A DNA stretch of 64,000 bases from Chitinibacter sp. GC72 (GTDB lineage Bacteria; Pseudomonadota; Gammaproteobacteria; Burkholderiales; Chitinibacteraceae): assembly GCF_009760905.1 (NCBI RefSeq), contig NZ_VIRW01000004.1, forward strand, positions 39,665 to 103,664, given 5' to 3'. A model generated the notes under the pieces. It was not told the origin of the DNA. It ran no database searches and worked only from the letters and a program-made list of their open reading frames with translations. Both the position numbers and the translations under genes were made by a program. This document shows, in pieces, positions 60,549 to 64,000 of the stretch (positions are counted from its first letter, which is position 1; every line of letters starts with the position of its first letter).

Positions 60549-60683
60549 GATCTTCCCTGCAGGCTAAGTGCAATCAGAGATTGCCTGTATATTCTTTAAA
60601 GAGAAGAGATTATCGTCTAAAGCGCTTGGCGGCAAGCGACGAAACGCAAAAAGCGCGTGGCAGGTGACTGGATGGAGGAGAAA

Positions 60684-61100
60684 TCAGGCTGATTTGCAGT
60701 CAGCGCAAATGCCTTTGACGGTAATTTCTACCGAGTCGGCGATAAATGACTTGGGCAGCGCCACGGGCAGATCGGTTTTGACGTCTTCCAGGCAATAAAA
60801 CCGGCCGCATTGCTGGCAATGAAAATGCGCATGATGATGCGGCGCTTTGGCTGCCGAGAAGCGCCAAACCCGATCGTCGCCGGATAATTTGTGCGCCAGA
60901 TTTTCGGCGGTCAGCCAGTCGAGCACGCGGTAAACGGTAACGCGATCAAGCCCCGGCGCGAGCAATTCCTGAATATCCAGATGCGACAGCGGGCGCTGTG
61001 CGCCAAGCAGGGCCGCCAAAATATCAACCCGCGCTGGCGTGATGCGAGCGCGGGTTTTGCTGATCAGTTCACGCGCGGTGGCGCGTGTGGTGTCATTCAT
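60684..61100 (-). CDS. zur: Zinc uptake regulator Zur (Fur family)
   Basis: Fur-family wHTH (RVDILAALL...VTVYRVLDWL), His-rich HHHAHFHCQQCG and C-terminal CADC. Start MNDTTRATAR. Confidence 0.75.
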   Translation of the reverse strand: MNDTTRATARELISKTRARITPARVDILAALLGAQRPLSHLDIQELLAPGLDRVTVYRVLDWLTAENLAHKLSGDDRVWRFSAAKAPHHHAHFHCQQCGRFYCLEDVKTDLPVALPKSFIADSVEITVKGICADCKSA

Positions 61101-61110
61101 GGGGGGGCAA

Positions 61111-61527
61111 TCAATCCGCGTACTGTTTTTTCTGTCGTTCGCGGCGTTCCTGCGCTTCCAGCGACAAAGACGCCGTTGGGCGCGCCAGCAGACGCAGCAG
61201 ACCGATCGGCTCACCAGTATCTTCGCAATAGCCGTAATTTTCTTCGGCGATTTTGCGCAATGTCGAGTCGATTTTCAGCAATAGCTTGCGTTCGCGGTCA
61301 CGCGTGCGCAATTCCAGTGCATATTCCTCTTCCAGAGTGGCACGGTCAGCCGGATCAGGCGTTGCTTCCTGTTCCTGCAGATGGCTGGTGGTCTGGCTGG
61401 CATTAGCCACCAGCTCGGCTTTCATTTGCACCAGACGCTCGCGGAAGAACTCGAGGTGATCCGCGTTCATATAGTCATCTTCGGGGCCTTTCCAGTCCCG
61501 GATGTCTTGTTCCGTGAGTTTTGCCAT
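61111..61527 (-). CDS. DksA-family transcription factor, Cys-depleted DksA2-like (zinc-independent) paralog
   Basis: DksA coiled coil with DxxDxA tip region. C-terminal region YGYCEDTGEPIGLLRLLARPTASLSLE retains only one of the four Zn-finger Cys (E. coli DksA has CESCG...CIDC). Immediately upstream of and cotranscribed with zur. Confidence 0.7.
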   Translation of the reverse strand: MAKLTEQDIRDWKGPEDDYMNADHLEFFRERLVQMKAELVANASQTTSHLQEQEATPDPADRATLEEEYALELRTRDRERKLLLKIDSTLRKIAEENYGYCEDTGEPIGLLRLLARPTASLSLEAQERRERQKKQYAD

Positions 61528-61653
61528 GATTATTCTCGCTTTTTGACAAGGTTGGCCGCTTACAAAATAAGCAACCCAGTAGGGCACGCAGCTTAATCAA
61601 CTCCGCAGAGCAATGCAATAAGGTTGCGTGACAATCGTATTAAATCTAGCGTT

Positions 61654-61968
61654 TTATTGCGCCAAAACCCAGCGAATAATCACGCGCAGGTCTTTGTCTT
61701 CAATCTGCTGGGCCGGCATTGGAATTTTGCCCCATTTCCCGCCGGGCAGGCCTTTGCGTACTTCGGCCATCAGCATTGCTTCGGCGTCTTTCTGGCCTTT
61801 GTAGCGCTTGGCCACTTCTTTGTACGAGGGGCCAACGATTTTCTGATCGACCGAGTGACAGGCCAGACAATTGTACTTGGCGGCGATCTTGGCACCGTCA
61901 TCAGCAGCAAATACCGAGCTAGAGCATAGCAAAGCCAGAACCATCAAAGTGTTGCGCATAATCATCAT
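61654..61968 (-). CDS. Class I c-type cytochrome (c551/c552-like)
   Basis: Signal peptide, single heme motif CLACH, Met ligand region. ~85 aa mature. Confidence 0.8.
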   Translation of the reverse strand: MMIMRNTLMVLALLCSSSVFAADDGAKIAAKYNCLACHSVDQKIVGPSYKEVAKRYKGQKDAEAMLMAEVRKGLPGGKWGKIPMPAQQIEDKDLRVIIRWVLAQ

Positions 61969-62092
61969 TCCTTCCCAAAATGTGCAACTATTCTACTCCG
62001 CTTCACAGCAGATGCGCGCCTGCGATAAGCCCTTATCTCGGCTGTGCTACACTCGCGCGATTGAGCGGACAATTGATTTGGGAAGACAAGAG

Positions 62093-62965
62093 ATGGATCG
62101 TGGGCAACGTTTTATGGCTGCGGCGATGGTTTTATCGCTGATTGCGCACGCCTTCCCCATTTTTGGCATTCAGTTTGTGCTGCCTGATCCACGCCAGTTT
62201 ATTTCGCAGCAACCGCTGGATATTGTGCTGGTCAACCAGAAAACCACAACCCGCCCCAGCAATGCCGAAGTTGAAGCGCAGGCCGATCTGGACGGTGGCG
62301 GCAATACCGACGCACCCAATCACCGAGTTAAATCCGCACTGCCTGCCAAATCCAAGCAAACCGAGCTGGAGCTGGAGCAGGTGGAATCGCGCCTGAAAAA
62401 GCTGGAAGAGCAAAACAACCAGCTGATGACGCAGCTTAAATCACCGCAGAAAGCTGCGACCGATAGCAAAAATGTGCAGGATAAGCCTGACGGTCAGCCG
62501 CTGGATCTGGAAGAACTCAAAGACCAGGTGCGCAAGCAGCAGGAAATCGCCGGCCTAGCCGCCCAGATTGCCAAGCAGAATCACGAATACCAAAGCAAGC
62601 CGCGCAAGGCCTTTGTCGGCGCGCGCGCCAAGCAAACCAGTGTGGCCATGTATATGGACGGCTGGCGGCAGAAAATCGAGAAAGTGGGCACCATGGCCTA
62701 TCCGGTCGATGCCACAGGTAAGAAAATCTACGGTCAATTGCGCGTTACAGTTGAAATTGACGCCGATGGCGCAATGCGTAGCGCCCAAATTGACAAAAGC
62801 TCGGGCAATCCACAGCTTGATGCCGCCGCGCTGCGTATTTTGAAAATGGCCGCGCCATTTTCCAGATTGCCACCCGACATGCTCGATTCCAGCGGCAAAC
62901 CCGCCACGGTGCTGGTGATTACCCGTACCTGGACCTTCGAGCGCCAAACGCTGACCTCCGATTAA
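62093..62965 (+). CDS. TonB-family energy transducer
   Basis: N-terminal TM anchor, Pro/Lys/Glu-rich spacer, C-terminal TonB domain ([13 protein letters not shown]...[12 protein letters not shown]). Confidence 0.7.
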   Translation: MDRGQRFMAAAMVLSLIAHAFPIFGIQFVLPDPRQFISQQPLDIVLVNQKTTTRPSNAEVEAQADLDGGGNTDAPNHRVKSALPAKSKQTELELEQVESRLKKLEEQNNQLMTQLKSPQKAATDSKNVQDKPDGQPLDLEELKDQVRKQQEIAGLAAQIAKQNHEYQSKPRKAFVGARAKQTSVAMYMDGWRQKIEKVGTMAYPVDATGKKIYGQLRVTVEIDADGAMRSAQIDKSSGNPQLDAAALRILKMAAPFSRLPPDMLDSSGKPATVLVITRTWTFERQTLTSD

Positions 62966-63486
62966 TGCGCATCCTCGGTATCGACCCCGGTTCGCGCACC
63001 ACCGGTTTTGGCGTGATCGACGTTGTTGGCCAGAATCGCGTTTATGTCGCTTCAGGCTGTATCAAAACCCAGGGCGGGCCGCTGCCCGAGCGCATCAAAA
63101 TCATCCTCGATGGCATCGCGCAAATTGTCGCGACGTACAAGCCCGATGAATCAGCGATCGAACAAGTCTTTGTTAACGTCAACCCTGCTGCCACTTTGAT
63201 GCTGGGCCAGGCGCGCGGTGCAGCTGTGGCGGCTTTGGTGTTGGCTGGACTACCTGTGACGGACTACACCGCGTTGCAAGTGAAACAAGCCGTTGTGGGT
63301 AATGGCCATGCCGACAAAGCTCAGGTCGGGCTGATGGTGCAGCGCCATTTGCGCCTGTCGGGCGTACCGCAAGCCGACGCCGCCGACGCGCTCGGCGTCG
63401 CCCTGACGCATGCCCAGCACCAGGGCGGCGCAGCCAAGCAACTTGCGGCGTACCGGATGTCGATGAAGCGCGGGCGAATGGCCTAG
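62965..63486 (+). CDS. ruvC: Crossover junction endodeoxyribonuclease RuvC
   Basis: [17 protein letters not shown]...; 173 aa canonical RuvC. Confidence 0.9.
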   Translation: MRILGIDPGSRTTGFGVIDVVGQNRVYVASGCIKTQGGPLPERIKIILDGIAQIVATYKPDESAIEQVFVNVNPAATLMLGQARGAAVAALVLAGLPVTDYTALQVKQAVVGNGHADKAQVGLMVQRHLRLSGVPQADAADALGVALTHAQHQGGAAKQLAAYRMSMKRGRMA

Positions 63487-63666
63487 GGGTATGTGCTTGT
63501 AAGCCTTGTTGTAATTGCTCTACAAATATATACATTGCCATGTATTGAGGCGCGCTACTGTTTATGAGTGAATTGCACGGTAGCGGACAGACGATTTTGA
63601 TTTTCGCCCCGCAAAGCCGTTATACTGTACGTTCGTTCACTTTGGCGCTAGGCGCAGAGCTGCATC

Positions 63667-64000
63667 ATGATTGGTCGTCTCACAGGCAAACTACTGGAAA
63701 AACAACCGCCGCAAATTCTGCTCGATGTTGGCGGTGTCGGTTATGAAGTGGATGTGCCGATGAGCACTTTCTATGTCTTGCCGCATCTCGGGGACGCGAC
63801 CACGCTGTTTACCCATCTGGTGGTGCGTGAAGATGCCCAGCTGCTCTATGGTTTTGCGACTCGCGAGGAGCGCAATAGTTTTCGCACCTTGATCAAGGTG
63901 TCGGGGATTGGCGCCAAAATCGCGCTCGCGGTCTTGTCGGGTATGACGGCGGATGAGCTGGCGCTGGCGGTGGCCTCGGAAGACATCAAGCGCCTCTCCG
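63667..64000 (+). CDS. ruvA: Holliday junction DNA helicase RuvA (partial, 3' end beyond window)
   Basis: [28 protein letters not shown]... canonical RuvA N-terminus. Frame open to window end. Confidence 0.9.
   Translation, partial: MIGRLTGKLLEKQPPQILLDVGGVGYEVDVPMSTFYVLPHLGDATTLFTHLVVREDAQLLYGFATREERNSFRTLIKVSGIGAKIALAVLSGMTADELALAVASEDIKRLS

Noticed and set aside
1-64000. CRISPR arrays, integrases/transposases, phage structural genes
   Set aside because: No regularly spaced direct repeats of CRISPR type were seen. No tyrosine/serine recombinase, DDE transposase or phage morphogenesis signatures were recognised in any frame. The island at 5.2-8.36 kb lacks its own mobility gene.

Overview
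This is a GC-rich chromosomal window. Gene content (ruvCA, thrS, aroG-type DAHP synthase, phosphoketolase, two tRNA-Lys, a cryptochrome/photolyase cluster, two MCPs) suggests a betaproteobacterium, possibly in the Chromobacterium/Neisseriales group. Most of it is ordinary housekeeping or accessory metabolism. Three regions stand out. (1) At ~5.2-8.36 kb there is a sharply AT-rich ~3.1 kb insertion bounded by two copies of a 55-bp self-complementary element in inverted orientation. It carries a compact operon not seen elsewhere in the window: a small secreted protein, a 364-aa protein with a C-terminal RsbW/SpoIIAB-like GHKL serine-kinase/ATPase domain (N-box EAITNTVHHAY, G1 DLGIGI, G2 GKGL), a 106-aa STAS-like (DUF4325-type) putative antagonist that overlaps it, and a membrane-anchored 171-aa protein that overlaps by ATGA. 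It ends in a rho-independent terminator. This is the best candidate for an undescribed horizontally acquired system, for example a partner-switching signalling or abortive-infection/defence module. (2) At ~26-34.8 kb there is a complete RNA-repair island. It has RtcB2-PrfH plus a low-molecular-weight phosphatase-like gene on one strand. On the other strand it has an sigma54/RtcR-driven operon: TGGCAC-N5-TTGCT promoter, tRNA-mimic Y-RNA-like leader, SPFH/band-7, RtcB, a pol-beta-type nucleotidyltransferase and RtcA. RtcR is divergent, with a perfect palindrome over its own -10. No Ro60 gene is present. (3) At ~48-61.5 kb there is a zinc-starvation (Zur-type) cluster: two COG0523 GTPases, FolE2, HisI-like, a PyrC-like amidohydrolase, ThrS outside its canonical context, a Cys-depleted DksA2-like gene cotranscribed with a Zur-like regulator, and a second Fur-family regulator with TGCAA...TTGCA palindromic operators. 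Other items are a thrice-repeated ~75-bp intergenic element (8.58-10.27 kb), GC-rich REP-like hairpins, an ORF-poor IR-rich 520-bp region after pyrC, and two short RBS-preceded mini-ORFs.
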